NCBI RefSeq assembly: GCF_006345805.1
Contig: NC_043026.1
Coordinates: 9,796,001 to 9,860,000 of the forward strand
Direction of reading: 5' to 3'
Origin: Octopus sinensis
Taxonomy: Eukaryota
DNA length: 64,000 nucleotides
Below are positions 32,170 to 45,748 of this stretch, in pieces. The notes below the pieces were generated by a model. It did not search any database and was not told where the DNA came from. It was given only the letters and a program-made list of their open reading frames with translations. Both the position numbers and the translations under genes were made by a program. Within the stretch, counting starts at the first letter, position 1. Each line of letters opens with the position of its first letter.

Positions 32170-32842
32170 CAGTGCTTTTCGACCTTTTTACTGGAGCGGA
32201 ACCCCAAGGAAACATTCCACTGGCTTGAGGAACCCCTGTGCAATAATTTAATAGTCTTATGCACACATATCTGCACAGGGGAATTAAAAATTACTGCCGA
32301 TTTTAGCAGTTTTGTAACTTCTTGCGGAACCCCTGGACTGTACTGGCGGAACCCTAAGGTTCCTCGGAACCCTGGTTGAAAACCACTGAGTTAGACACTA
32401 GTTAGACCAGTGCTTTTCAATCTTTTTGCTGGAGCAGAACCCCAAGGAAACATTCCACTGGCTCGAGGAACCCCTGTGCAATAATTTAATAGTCTTATGC
32501 ACACATATCTGCACAGGAGAATTAAGAATTACAGCCGATTTTAGCAGTTTTGTAACTTCTTGCGGAACCCCTGGACTGTACTGACGGAACCCTGGTTGAA
32601 AACCACTGAGTTAGACACAGTCAGTTAGACACTAGTTAGACCAGTGCTTTTCAATCTTTTTGCTGGAGCGGAACCCCAAGGAAACATTCCACTGGCTCGA
32701 GGAACCCCTGTGCAATAATTTAATAGTCTTATGCACACATATCTGCACAGGAGAATTAAAAATTACTGCCGATTTTAGCAGTTTTGTAACTTCTTGCGGA
32801 ACCCCTGGACTGTACTGACGGAACCCTGGTTTAAAACCTCTG
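32170..32842 (+). mobile_element. Three tandem hAT-type MITEs (~200-220 bp each)
   Basis: CAGTG...CA(C/G)TG-type termini; 8-bp TSD ttctaggc flanks the whole trimer (32162-32169, 32843-32850). Confidence 0.85.
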
Positions 32843-33995
32843 TTCTAGGCAATAAAATATTCTCTGAATATAAAAACAGATTTCAATAAAACAGTACATT
32901 TATATTCGAAATAGTTCCAACGGATCTTTAACAAGATAAATGTGTCAGAAAATTGGCTGTAAATTAAAATAAGAACCAGAGTAAAAATTTACCAGATTCG
33001 ATGAATGAGTTTCAATTTCAGCCTCAAGTCTTCCGGCGTAAATGTCTTTCTTGCTCTGTACGAAGAAACCGGCCAAAATGTGGCAGCTTTTGATGCGATA
33101 TTATTAAATATACCAGGAAAAGTTTGTAGATACGTGGGCGTTACCTTTTCATGTGGGCGTTAACTTCTCATGTGGGCGTTACCTTTTCACGCGTGTGTGT
33201 ATGTTTGATAACATTTGTGCGTACCTATTTTGTACTGTGCATGCGTTGTAGTTTGTGTAAATGAAATTTCTCCCCCCCACCACCATCACCCATTCACTTC
33301 TGCATTCTTTCTCTCTCTCTCTCTCCCTCTCTCTCTCTGTAGACGTCATCTCCAACATTAACCAAACCAAAACATGTTACATACATACATATACGTATAC
33401 CCATATGTTAATGTGTGTATGCGAGTGTGTGTGTGACAAATTATAATTGCTTAAGTACACCAGAATCTTAATTATGTATCTCTCTCTATCTCACTCTATC
33501 TATCTATCTATCTTGAGCATAATCCTATGAACCCAGAAATTGAAAACAGAGGGTTACCCACTTGCAAACAAATGTGGTAACATATAACAATATTGACCAC
33601 GGTTACCGTGGTCTTTTTCGTGGGCTTTTCTTCCCACGGATAAACCTTACTTGCTTTCCCCTTTACACCATATATCATAACACTGTGATACACGATCCCT
33701 ATTGATCGTTCCTTTTTTTTTCTTTTTTCCTCTTCCCCTTTTTTTCCCCTTTTTTTCCCCTTTTTCATTTCTCTTTCTTTTGTTCCTTTTCCCTTTCTTT
33801 TTTTTTTCTTTTATTCTTTTTATTTTTTATTCTATTTTTTTTTCATTAAAAAAAATTTTTTTTTCTTTTCTTCCCTTTTACGATCCCTCTTGATCGAAAA
33901 CCTACGCCCCCCCTTTTTTTTCATCCCCCAAAAGAAAAGCTCTACCTTGTAACTTGTCCCATCTGTGTGCAGCCCTGTGTGGCCAATAAAGAAAC

Positions 33996-34395
<400 letters not shown>

Positions 34396-34586
34396 ATCCA
34401 AACAAGAAAACACAAAGAGAAAACACAACAACGCGAGGACGTGGAACAAATATAGTATTATTGGGAAGGAAGGAAAGAAGGAGGGTTTAACGTTTCGAGC
34501 GGAGCTCTTCGTCGGAAACATAGGAGAAGGAAAGATCCAGAGAAAGGAAGACAGAGGAAAAAAATCGCCAGCGGTGCACACGCGGT

Positions 34587-34635
<49 letters not shown>

Positions 34636-35169
34636 TTTTATTTGTTTCAGTCATTCGACTGTGTCCATGCTGGGGCACCTTGGGCAAGTGTCTTCTGCTA
34701 TACGACATTTCTCGTAAAACGGGGGCAGATGACCCAATTTTTTAATGGGGTGAAATAACTAAAAAGTACCAACCCTTAATCCAAAGAGTGGGAAACAGGG
34801 TGTAATTAAACTGAAACAAAAGTTTTTAAGTGTATGGGTTTTTTTTGTCACGAATGTAGAATACTAAACCAAAGGAAACATATATTGTTATAGAAATCTA
34901 ATAGACTTCAACTGGGTGTGTCAAAATGTTAATTTCTGCGCCAGTGAACAATAGCAAAGCAAAGAAAATATATATTTGTAAAGAAATGTAATAGACTTCA
35001 TGCATCAATGAATAATATAAAAGCAAAGAAGATACTTTTGTGTAGAAGGGTTAGAGTGTTCAACAAGATGTAAGAAAACTGGATAAGTACAAATAATAGC
35101 TCACACACTCACGCACTCACTCACACCCCCACCCAGACACCTACTCATCGTTACACATATACATACTCT

Positions 35170-35382
35170 CTCTCTTTTACTCTTTTACTTGTTTCAGTCA
35201 TTTGACTGCGGCCATGCTGGAGCACCGCCTTTAATCGAGCAACTCGACCCCAGGACTTATTCTTTTGTAAGCCCAGTACTTATTCTATCGGTCTCTTTTG
35301 CCGAACCGCTAAGTAACGGGGACATAAACACACCAGCATCGGTTGTCAAGCAATGCTAGGGGGACACACACAAATACACACA

Positions 35383-35461
<79 letters not shown>

Positions 35462-35620
35462 TACGACGGGTTTCTTTCAGTTTCCGTCTACCAAATCCAC
35501 TCACAAGGCTTTGGTCGGCCCGAGGCTATAGTAGAAGACACTTGCCCAAGATGCAACGCAGTGGGACTGAACCCAGAACCATGTGGTTGGTAAGTAAGCT
35601 ACTTACCACACAGCCACTCC
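35170..35620 (-). mobile_element. SINE family A
   Basis: Family match. Confidence 0.88.
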
Positions 35621-36023
35621 TGCGCCTATATGAATAACTTACGCACATATACAGAGTTATTCAAAAAAAATGAACCGATTTCATTGTGCAATATTTTAAT
35701 AAGGAAAAGCAATAAAAAAACTCCAGTTAAGTCACAAGTATTTACTCACAATCAACTTTTATTTCCAGTTTTACAAGTGTTCAATATGGCCACCACCTGC
35801 AGCATGGGCAACATCAATGCAATAAGAGAATTCCTCCAGATGTGTATCTGCATATCATGATGCACTGAGTACTTCTTTGGCCATCTGGTTGAATGCTTTA
35901 ACAAAGTTTTTCCAATTTCCTTCTTTGTCAATATCTTCTGGAATCACCTCAAGCAAAGCAAATCTATTCTTTAGTTTCATAATGAACTTGCTTGTGTGCA
36001 TAATTTTTGACTTCCCCTTGTAC

Positions 36024-37148
36024 TTAAATTTTAACACCATCTCTATTGAAGTAGTCGTCTTGCGCAGCAATACACCGGTTCCAACGTTCGAGTCACTTTC
36101 GGAATCTGGTCTAGAAGTCGTTTTCGGCAACCGAGTCGAGGACCTTCCGCGGTTCGCACTTGCTCACGACAAGGGTGTCAAAACGGCGACCTTTGAGCTG
36201 TATTTTGATCTTGGGAAAGAGATGGAAGCGCAGGTGCTAAATCTGGCATATTGAGTGGGTGCGGAAGCGATACCATGTTGTTTTTTGGCGAGAAAAATCT
36301 CGAGTGAAGAGAGTTTAGTGACAAGGTGCATTGTGGTCGTGACGAATCCAATTCTGCGCGTTCCGCAAATCCGGTCGCCTTCGCCGAGTGTCCGACCCCA
36401 AACGCTTCAAAACATCGCAGTAGAACTTTCGATTGGCGGTCTGGTCCTGGGGTGCCAATTCTTGATGCACAATACCCCACTCGTGCTACGAAACTTCTGT
36501 GGGGTTTTTTTATATAGGTGCAGGAGTGGCTGTGTGGTAAGTAGCTTGCTTACCAACCACATGGTTCCGAGTTCAGTCCCACTGCGTGGCACCTTGGGCA
36601 AGTGTCTTCTACTATAGCCTCGGGCCGACCAAAGCCTTGTGAGTGGATTTGGTAGACGGAAACTGAAAGAAGCCCGTCGTATATATATATATGTGTGTCT
36701 ATATGTTTGTGTGTCTGTGTTTGTCCCCCTAGCATTGCTTGACAACCGATGCTGGTGTGTTTATGTCCCCGTCACTTAGCGGTTCGGCAAAAGAGACCGA
36801 TAGAATAAGTACTAGGCTTACAAAGAATAAGTCCCGGGGTCGAGTTGCTCGACTAAAGGTGGTGCTCTAGCATGGCCGCAGTCAAATGACTGAAACAAAC
36901 AAAAGAGCAAAAGAGTGAGAGTATACTACATTTCCGAGTGTGATGCTCATGGTAAGAGTTCCAGATCACTCCTTTTCTTCTAGGAATGTTCTTCCGCTTT
37001 TGAAGCGCCCGTGCTACCCGAACCATTGCGAACGAACCATTGCCTCGTTGCCATAAGCTTGCCGAAACATACTCAACGTCTCTGTTGCAGATTTCCGAAG
37101 TTTAATGCAAAATTTCACATTGGCTTTTTGCTCTAACTCTTTGTCCAT
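36024..37148 (-). mobile_element. Degenerate mariner transposase, internally deleted, with a SINE insertion
   Basis: MDKELEQKANVKFCIKLRKSATETLSM...; GIVHQE...FYCDVLKRL...HDHNAPCH...PDLAP...RWNRCIAAQDDYF. Confidence 0.88.
36523..36915 (+). mobile_element. SINE family A nested in the mariner relic
   Basis: Family match. Confidence 0.9.
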
Positions 37149-37149
37149 G

Positions 37150-37370
37150 ACAAAATCGCAGACTTCACATGTTATCACAAAATCACAGACTTCACATGTT
37201 ATCACAAAATCGCAGACTTCACATGTTATCACAAAATCGCAGACTTCACGTTATCACAAAATCGCAGACTTCACATGTTATCACGAAATCGCAGACTTCA
37301 CATGTTATTACAAAATCGCAGACTTCACGTTATCACAAAATCGCAGACTTCACATGTTATCACAAAAGCA
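37150..37370. repeat. 27-bp minisatellite, 8 units
   Basis: caaaatcgcagacttcacatgttatca; directly upstream of the mariner ATG. Confidence 0.92.
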
Positions 37371-37425
37371 CAAATTTCATAGCTTACGAAGTAAACACAA
37401 CTGTGTCACTTGGTACACTGTCTCA

Positions 37426-37975
37426 TCATATATATGTGGAAAATCGGTGTTTGTTTGTTTGTTTGTTTGTGGCGTTGTTAGTTAACTACTCCTACACCGT
37501 TTTATCGATTTTGATGAAACTTGACATGTGAATAGAACTCATGTCTGGAAACCTCGTGGCATACTCAGATTGTTGAAAAAATCGATAATACGGCACCTGA
37601 AATGGACCTTTATATCTACCTCATATAACTAATCTTTTTAAACACCCAAGGAAAATAACCCATATTACCTGTACAATATTCTTTTTAAACACTCAAAGGA
37701 AATAACCCATTTCGTTGTTTATGTTCGATTACTTTGAATATTGATTTTTTGTGTGTCCTACGGCACCTGGAATGGACCTTTATATCTACCTCATATAACT
37801 AATCTTTTTAAATACCCAAGGGAAATAACCCATAGCACCTGTACAATATTCTTTTTAAACACTCAAAGGAAATAACCCATTTCGTTGTTTATGTTCGATT
37901 ACTTTGAATATTGATTTTTGTGTGTCCTATTTTTAATTTTTGCCGACAATATCACTTTTATACCTTATTTGACAC
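37426..37975 (+). mobile_element. Probable Helitron-like element with internal ~170-bp tandem duplication
   Basis: TC-atatatat start, (GTTT)n, gattttgatgaaactt motif; no clear CTAG end. Confidence 0.45.
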
Positions 37976-37984
37976 GCCCAGCTC

Positions 37985-38026
<42 letters not shown>

Positions 38027-38077
38027 TGCGCGTGTGTGTGTGTGTGTATGTGTGTGTGAGTGTGAGTGTGTAATGGA

Positions 38078-38430
38078 CGTGCAATGGCCCAGTGGTTAGG
38101 GCAGCGGACTCGCGGTCGTAGGGTCGCAGTTTCGATTCCCAGACCGAGTGTTGTGAGTGTTTATTGAGCTCCACGAAGCTCCAGTAGGAGGTGGTGGTGA
38201 ACCCTGCTGTACTCTTTCACCACAACTTACTCTCACTCTTTCTTCCTGTTTCTGTTGTACCTGTATTTCAAAGGGCCAGCCTTGTCACACACCGTGTCAC
38301 GCTGAATCTTCCCGAGATTCAGTCCACGTGTCTGTGGTGCGCTCAGCCACTTGCACGTTAATTGCACGAGCAGGCTGTTCCGTTGATCGGATCAACTAGA
38401 ACCCTCGTCGTCGCAACCGACGGAGTGCCA
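38078..38430 (+). mobile_element. SINE family D
   Basis: Family match. Confidence 0.8.
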
Positions 38431-38707
38431 CGGCGACGATATATACAACCATTATATAGCTATCTAAAGTATTCAGTACAATCTTAATGTTGAAATATAA
38501 TTCTAATTTTTCTAGAAAATTTAGGATCCATTTAAGGATACGACCTTTGTGTGTCTATTTCTCTCTCTTCCTCTCAATTTTTTCCTTTCTCACTCCTTTT
38601 GTCTCTCCCCCTCTCTCTCTCTTTCCCGATCTTTCTCTCCCGTTCTCGTCTCTCTCTCTCTCACAATGTTTCCCTCCCGCTCTTGTTTTTTTCTCTCTCT
38701 CTCTGTT

Positions 38708-38738
<31 letters not shown>

Positions 38739-39129
38739 GCTGACTGACACACAGTGATGTAGTTGCCATTTGTTAAGTGCACCCAAATATCCCATATTAT
38801 TTAATATAAACACAGTAATTAACCCGTTGGTTACTGCAAATTAGCTATAATTATTTTTCAAAAATCAGAAATCGTGGGAATATTGTTGAAGCATGGAACA
38901 AACTACCGGCATCAGTTGTTAGTTGTCGGAGCACTGCATCCTTCAAAACTTCCATGCTTCCTGAGATTCGCCAACACTACACCTAATTTTCTCCCCTCCA
39001 TACACACGCAAGCATGTATCTGACTCATACACTGTTCGCTTTCCAGACATTTTTACATTACTGCATATGCTTTTTATGCACTTTTGACAAGTTGTGGTGC
39101 ACCTGAGCACTATTTACTATTTTTTTTAC

Positions 39130-39520
39130 TATTTTACTTGTTTCAGTCATTTGACTGCGGCCATGCTGGAGCACCGCCTTTAGTCGACCAAATCGACCCC
39201 GGGACTTATTCTTTGTAAGCCCAGTACTTATTCTATCGGTCTCTTTTGCCGAACCGCTAAGTGACGGGGACGTAAACACACCAGCATCGGTTGTCAAGCA
39301 ATGCTAGGGGGACAAACACAGACACACAAACACACACACACACATATATATATATACATATATACGACAGGCTTCTTTCAGTTTCCGTCTTCCAAATCCA
39401 CTCACAAGGCATTGGTCGACCCGGGGCTATAGCAGAAGACACTTGCCCAAGATGCCACGCAGTGGGACTGAACCCGGAACCGTGTGGTTGGTTAGCAAGC
39501 TACTTACCACACAGCCACTC
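39130..39520 (-). mobile_element. SINE family A
   Basis: Family match. Confidence 0.88.
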
Positions 39521-40214
39521 CTACGCACTGTATACAATAATTTCATTATTATTTTATTAAAAGGAGTAGGCTTGTTTTGAAAAGGCATATGAACACAGGC
39601 CTCGTGGTTCGGATAAATGATGTTCAACTTTCAATGTGAGTGTTAGAGTTAGGCAAGATTGTGTATTGCAACCCCTCCTTTTCACTCTGTAACGACTAGT
39701 GTGAATATCTTCTCTGGACCTTTTGGGGGTGCGAGAAGCAATCACTTTCCGTTGCTTTAATAATCCAGATCTCTACCAGTCAGAAACAACAAAACGCAGA
39801 CGTAAAAAATAGATATACTTATTGTTTTATACCGGTGAGAAATCAGTGGTATATCTGATATCCTTGGTTCTGGGCGCGCAAGGCTGAAAGTTAATCGCTT
39901 GTAAGATTTACAATGTTCAGCCGCTAAAAACAGAACGGGTTAAAGATGGCCGCGGAATAATGAAGATGATGTTGTCTGCAACAATTTGGTTAAAGCCTTC
40001 GGCCGACTGCTATCAAGAGGGACAGCGAGAAAATATACGTCCGTTGCCTTCGGTCGCTTTGTCTCAAGTCAATGACTGCTGCTGGACGCTAGTGGTCAAC
40101 GTCCTACGATCCCCCTGCCTCAGCTAACTGCCACGTAGGCAAAAGGGTCCTACTTCCGGTGGTGAAAGCACCAACCCCGCACGCGCGAAACAGGAATGGA
40201 CGGTGCGCGCGCGC

Positions 40215-40515
40215 GCCGCTGTATAGCGTCACTACAACTCCTTTTACGAACTGGATCGACATGCACAGCTGTTGTGGAAATGGTATGACAATCGATGGGT
40301 GTTGGCTGATATTTCCAGAGAGCATGGTGCTGATTGGCTCCTCAGAAGATGATCGGGTTCGCTGCCAAGTGCTGCAACGTAGGGATGATAATTAGTCTTG
40401 CAAAGACTTTGACGTTGGTCTTCTCAAGAAAGTCTTCCCAGGAAACTCTTCATTGCTGTAGAACATCACTGACACAAGCGGAGAAGTTTAAGTACCTCGG
40501 GGATGAAATAATGGT
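40215..40515 (+). mobile_element. Degenerate LINE reverse-transcriptase fragment
   Basis: LIFPESMVLIGSSEDD (eroded LFADD) ...GMIISLAKT...EKFKYLG. Confidence 0.65.
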
Positions 40516-40656
40516 GGGAAGCAGGAGCGGCTGTGTGGTAAAGTAGCTTGCTTACCAACTACATGGTTCCGGGTTCAATGCCACTGCGAAGCACCTTGGG
40601 CACGTGTCTTCTACTATATATATATATATACAAGGTTTTGGTCGGCCCAAGGCTAT

Positions 40657-40803
40657 AGACCCCAGGACTTATTCTTTGTAAGCCTAGTACTTATTCAATC
40701 GGCCTCTTTTGCCGAACCGCTAAGTGACGGGGACGTAAACACACCAGCATCGGTTCTCAAGCGATGTTGGGGGACAAACACAGACACACAAACATATACA
40801 TAC

Positions 40804-40861
<58 letters not shown>

Positions 40862-41005
40862 GACGGGCTTCTTTCAGTTTCCGTCTACTAAATCCACTCA
40901 CAATGCTTCGGTCGGCTCGAGGCTATAGTAGAAGACACTTGCCCGAGGTGTCATGCAGTGGGACTGAACCAAGAACCATGCGGCTGGTAAGCAAGCCACT
41001 CCTGC
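40657..41005 (-). mobile_element. SINE family A
   Basis: Family match. Confidence 0.85.
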
Positions 41006-41424
41006 GCCTAATGTACTTGTTTTCTTCACACAAAGGGAAAATGTGTGTATACTGAGTTACCGTAGAAATGTTGCCATACCTCAAAACCAGCAGAGCGTGA
41101 AATTCCAACGACTGAAACCCCTAGCTTTGTTTTGAATCTAAACATTATTTTGACCTTCCTTCATGCCCCTCCCTTCCTGCGGACTAGATGCCTTATTCAT
41201 TATTCATTATTCATTTATTTATTTTATTTATACGTGTCAGGGGTGTGGAAACTTTTTAGTGCGGCGAGCAAAATTTTCCAAAGGAAAAGGTCCGCAGGCG
41301 GATCACAGCTTCTAACTCTTATATCTGAGTAAATCTTGTAATCTTATAAAAGAGTAAATAATTTCTATAATGGTTTTTAAAAAAAAAAACCAACAATTAT
41401 TTACTGGTAGAATTCGGTATGTAA

Positions 41425-41765
41425 ATATATGGCTCAGTGGTTAGAGCGTCGAGCTTACGATCGTGAGGTTGTGAGTTCGAATCCCGGACCGGGCTGCGTG
41501 TTGTGTTCTTGAGCAAGACACTTTATTTCACGTTGCTCCAGTTCACTCAGCTGTAGAAATGAGTTGCGACGTCATAGGTGGCAAGCTGTATCGGCCCCTT
41601 TGCCTTTCCCTTGGATAAAATGGTGGCGTGGAGAGGGGAGGCCGGTATGCATGGGCGACTGCTGGCCTTCCATAAACAACCTTGCCCAGATTTGTACCTT
41701 GAAGGGTAACTTTCTAGGTGCAAACCCATGGTCAGTGTCATGACCGAAGTGGGTCACAACAACAA
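41425..41765 (+). mobile_element. tRNA-headed SINE family E
   Basis: A-box tggctcagtgg, B-box gagttcgaatc, (CAA)n tail. Confidence 0.8.
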
Positions 41766-41818
41766 CAAAATATAGCCGATTAACGGTAGGAACTTCTGTA
41801 AGTTCAGTATATATTGTA

Positions 41819-42313
41819 CTAGCAGTATCGCCCGGCGTTGCTCGGGTTTGTAAGGGAAATAACCATATAAGCATTTTTAGAGAGTTATAGCCAAAATATA
41901 GCAAAAAATGCATTAAAAGTGGAAAAAAAATGATGGTAAATTTTTTTTTAAATCGTTGACTCATCGTAGACATTTTTAGAGAGTTACTTCCCTTATATAA
42001 TAGCGAAAAAATGCATTAAAATGGAAAAAAATGATGGTAATTTTTTTTTAAATCGTTGACTCATCGTAGACATTTTAGAGAGTTACTTCCCTTATATAAT
42101 AGCGAAAAAATGCATTAAAATGGAAAAAAATGATGGTAATTTTTTTTTAAATCATAGACTCATCGTAGACGCGCGCTAATACCCAGAAAGGCTCGATATG
42201 AATCACGACTATAAGATACCCGGTTTTGGTTAAACTGCACCGCAAAATGTGGGAGTAGTTAGGAATCTAAATCGTAGGAGACAGACACAACTTCACTTTC
42301 ATATATATAAAGA
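41819..42313 (-). mobile_element. Non-autonomous Helitron-like element with about 3 internal ~100-bp units
   Basis: A|TC...hairpin-CTAG|T. Confidence 0.88.
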
Positions 42314-43134
42314 TTAGGATATAATGGCGTTTGAATCTCACCCACCCAGACATGCAAGATCAACTTAACCTTACAAATAACACTGCTGGCAAATCCCTTT
42401 TTGTTTTGGTGCCCGGGTCAGCCCCTCAGACGCTTTCGGAAATTCCCGATGTGAATTTTCCGAGGCCTCTCCCCCACCCCCCTTTCGCGAGTGCGCATTT
42501 TTTTGTCATATTTGTTTAGAGCAAGTTGTTTTACACATATTACACTATTTTTTTTTTGTTATTGAGTGAGAGAGCAGTTCATGCCATCGAGGTGACATCG
42601 GGGTACAAATATATGAAGCCCAGTATACACATCATGACTACCCGTCTGATAAAGGTACACCAGGCACATGCATCACAACTATATGTGCGCGACATGGTGA
42701 TCTCATATCAAGATAAACAGCACATGACCTTGCAGGTGGAGCCCAGTTAGAATTTTCTTCAGGTTGAGTAGCCCATCCCGCTCAAAAGGTCCCTGAATAA
42801 GGGTTGTTTAAGGATGTTGAAAGAACCACCCATGTTTCCAGAGGTGAATTATTCAAACCCCAAAGAATCCCTCTCAACACATGGCTATGATGCTCCCCCA
42901 CTACTTCTGCTCGTGATCAGAGATGCACATATCGTCAGCCACTAAGGGACATAGTCAATAGGTTATGGTCAAACAACTGACAAGCAAATCTGTGGTATTG
43001 AGCAGAATATTTGCTGTAGCCCATCTTTTATACCAAGACAAAACAATGTACATGATAACACTTCCAATCAGTTAAGATCAGAAGCCATGAGAGCCACTGC
43101 CTGGTACTGCATCAGAGCATTTATTATTATTATT

Positions 43135-43660
43135 ATTCAGTAGTTTTATTTTTATAGCGTGCTTTCACTTCACTACCGAGCGCAGCTCTGTGTGCCTTGG
43201 GTATGTGCTGTGATTTGTTGTGATACTCTGATGGTTATTGTATGGAAAGTGTTCTGCGTAGGATGTGTGCAGTGCCTAGTAGTGCAATTTTCTGTATGTT
43301 ATATGTGTTTGTAAGTCCTGGTGTTTTTTTTATGTATTTGTCTGAATATTTTTTTATCATGCCTAATGCACCTACTATGATAGGAATTGTTTCTGTTTTC
43401 AGGTTCCACATTCTAGTTACCTCTATTTCCAGGTCTTTGTATTTTGAGAGTTTCTCCATTTCTTTTAGAGACACGTTGTCATCAGCCGGTATTGATACAT
43501 CAATTAGAAAGCATTTTTTTTCTTCATGATCTCTGACAACTATATCTGGTCTGTTGGCCTTAATTTCTCTGTCTGTGTGTATCGGCATATCCCAGAGTAT
43601 GGTTGCTTTCTCGTTTTCTGTGACCTTTTCTGGTGTGTGCCTATACCATCTTTTTTCTGT
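43135..43660 (-). mobile_element. R4/Dong-like retrotransposon 3' end (restriction-like endonuclease)
   Basis: WYRHTPEKVTENEKATILWDMPIHTDREIKANRPDIVV...IDVSIP...KYKDL...GTAHILRRTL; (AAT)n on both sides. Confidence 0.9.
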
Positions 43661-43662
43661 TG

Positions 43663-43700
<38 letters not shown>

Positions 43701-43874
43701 CATTATTATTATTACAACAAAATATGAAAGCAGAGTGTGAAAACCAAGACGTTAAGGAGACAATGAGACTGATTTGAAAGGTGTGGTGGGAACATTCGAT
43801 AATTATCAATCCAGATCAGGTTCCTTCTTCTTGAAAGGGGATCTCAACTAGAATTAAGGATGCATATCGACGTG

Positions 43875-44635
43875 ATTGTTGTTGTTGTGGTGATGGTAGT
43901 GGAATGTGTGTGCGTGTAAATGGACGTGTGTTATATTGTTGGTGTTATTGTTGCTGCCATGTCGTTATGGTGGTGGTGGTGGTGGTGGAGATTGTGGTAG
44001 TGGCTGTAGTGGTGGTGCTTGTCCTGCTTTTGGGGATCGTTGTGGCGGCGGTGGTGGTTGTCGTGGTGATTGTTGTGGTAGTTGTGGTTGAGGTGGTGAT
44101 TGTGCTGGTGATGGGAGTGGTTGTTGTGGTAGTGGTAGTGGTGGTAGGTGATTGTGTTGGTAGTGATTGCGGTAGTGGTGGTTGTGCCGATGGTGGAGGT
44201 GGTCGTTGTAGCGGTGGGAGTGTCAGTGGTGGTGGTGGTAGGGGTGATTGTGGTAGGGGTGGTTGTGCCGATGGTGGGGGTGGTCGTTGTGGCGGTGGGA
44301 GTGTCAGTGGTGGTGGTGGTGGTAGTGGTGGTGGTGGTGGTAGTGGTGATTGTGGTAGTGGTGGTTGTGCCGATAGTGGGGTGGTCGTTGTGGCGGTGGG
44401 AGTGTCAGTGGCGGTGGTAGTGGTGGTGGTGATAGTGGTGATTGTGGTAGTGGTGGTTGTGCCGATGATTGGGTGGTCGTTGTGGCGGTGGTAGTGGTGG
44501 TGGTGGTATTGGCTGTTCTGATGGTGATTGTGCTGGTAATGGGGTTGGTTGTTGTGGTAGTGGTGGTGATGATTGTCCAGGTGGTGGTGGTGGTGGTGGG
44601 TAGTGAATGTGCTGCTCGTGCAGGTGGTGGGTGTT
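43875..44635. repeat. (GGT/GTT/AGT) low-complexity tract with internal repeats
   Basis: Direct inspection. Confidence 0.9.
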
Positions 44636-44844
44636 TTCTTATTGGATAAAATTGATTAAAATTTAAATCTTTGTAACAGTTTCCATATTTTTATTTTCTT
44701 GAATAAAAGTGTCTTCTGTTATAGCCCCGGGCCGACCAATGCCTTGTGAGTGGATTCACATGTACATCGCGAGCTCCTCTTTCTTTTATTTATAACTATC
44801 CTAGAAACTGAGTTCGTGAGGAGAGCTACGAGTTCCAATATATT

Positions 44845-45410
44845 TCTTTACTACCCACATGGGGCTAAGCATAGAGGGAACAAAGTCGATTACATCGACC
44901 CCAGTGCGAAACTGGTACTTTATTTATCGACCCCGAAAGGATGAAAGGCAAAGTCAACCTCGGCGGAATTTGACCTCAGAACGTAACGGCAGACGAAATA
45001 CCTATTTCTTTACTACCCACAAGGGGCTAAACACAGAGAGGACAAACAAACGGATTAAGTCGATTACATCGACCCCAGTGCGTAACTGGTACTTATTTAA
45101 TCGACCCCGAAAGGATGAAAGGCAAAGTCGACCTTGGCGGAATTTGAACTCAGAACGTAACGGCAGACGAAATACCTATTTCTTTACTACCCACAAGGGG
45201 CTAAACACAGAAGGGACAAACAAGGACAGACAAACGGATCAAGTCGATTACATCGACCCCAGTGCGTAACTGGTACTTATTTAATCGACCCCGAAAGGAT
45301 GAAAGGCAAAGTCGACCTCGGCGGAATTTGAACTCAGAACGTAACGGCAGACGAAATACCGCTAGGCATTGCGCCCGACGTGCTAACATTTCTCCCACCT
45401 CGCCGCCTTC
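44845..45410 (-). mobile_element. SINE family B head-to-tail multimer (3 units)
   Basis: Junctions gaaataggtatttcgtctg. Confidence 0.9.
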
Positions 45411-45469
45411 ACTGCGAGTTCCAGTAGTTGTGACACATGAGTTATCCGCCTTAAATATTTCAGAGAAAA

Positions 45470-45646
45470 ACAAACGCATGCGCATTGGACATACTTCCTA
45501 CTTCATGCTGATATCCGGTTAAATGTCCTGCGCATAAATTTCTTTTAATCAGCTGATTATTATAATTTATAATTATAACGCATTTTTCAACTGCCAGACA
45601 CACACATATATAACAACACTGTCCTCTATGAAATGTTTCTGTAAGT
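45470..45646 (+). promoter_or_regulatory. Putative ZNF-3 promoter and exon 1 (donor GTAAGT 45641-45646)
   Basis: CGCATGCGCA 45475-45484; exon segment strongly similar to the ZNF-1 block at 5415-5500. Confidence 0.65.
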
Positions 45647-45748
45647 ATTAAACAATGAAAATATTCATTGTTTTTAATTCTGTAGACGTTCGGTCATTAG
45701 CGCCTCGACTCTTTGTCTTTTCTGTTTTATGAATGAGAGATGTACTTG

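Noticed and set aside
32170-32842. CRISPR-like repeat-spacer pattern (also the 52-, 63- and 66-bp arrays)
   Set aside because: Eukaryotic context, no unique spacers, no cas genes; explained by MITEs and minisatellites
39900-40210. GC-rich stretch with YY1-like AAGATGGCCGC and ETS-like ACTTCCGG as a gene promoter
   Set aside because: No exon or donor could be tied to it, and it abuts a LINE RT fragment, so it may be TE-derived; not supportable from sequence alone
41425-41500. tRNA gene
   Set aside because: A and B boxes are present but there is no proper acceptor stem, and it continues into a SINE body; the same holds for the other SINE heads
43904-44494. Gly/Val-rich 196-aa ORF resembling a structural protein
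   Set aside because: Low-complexity trinucleotide tract with no clear start context or splice signals
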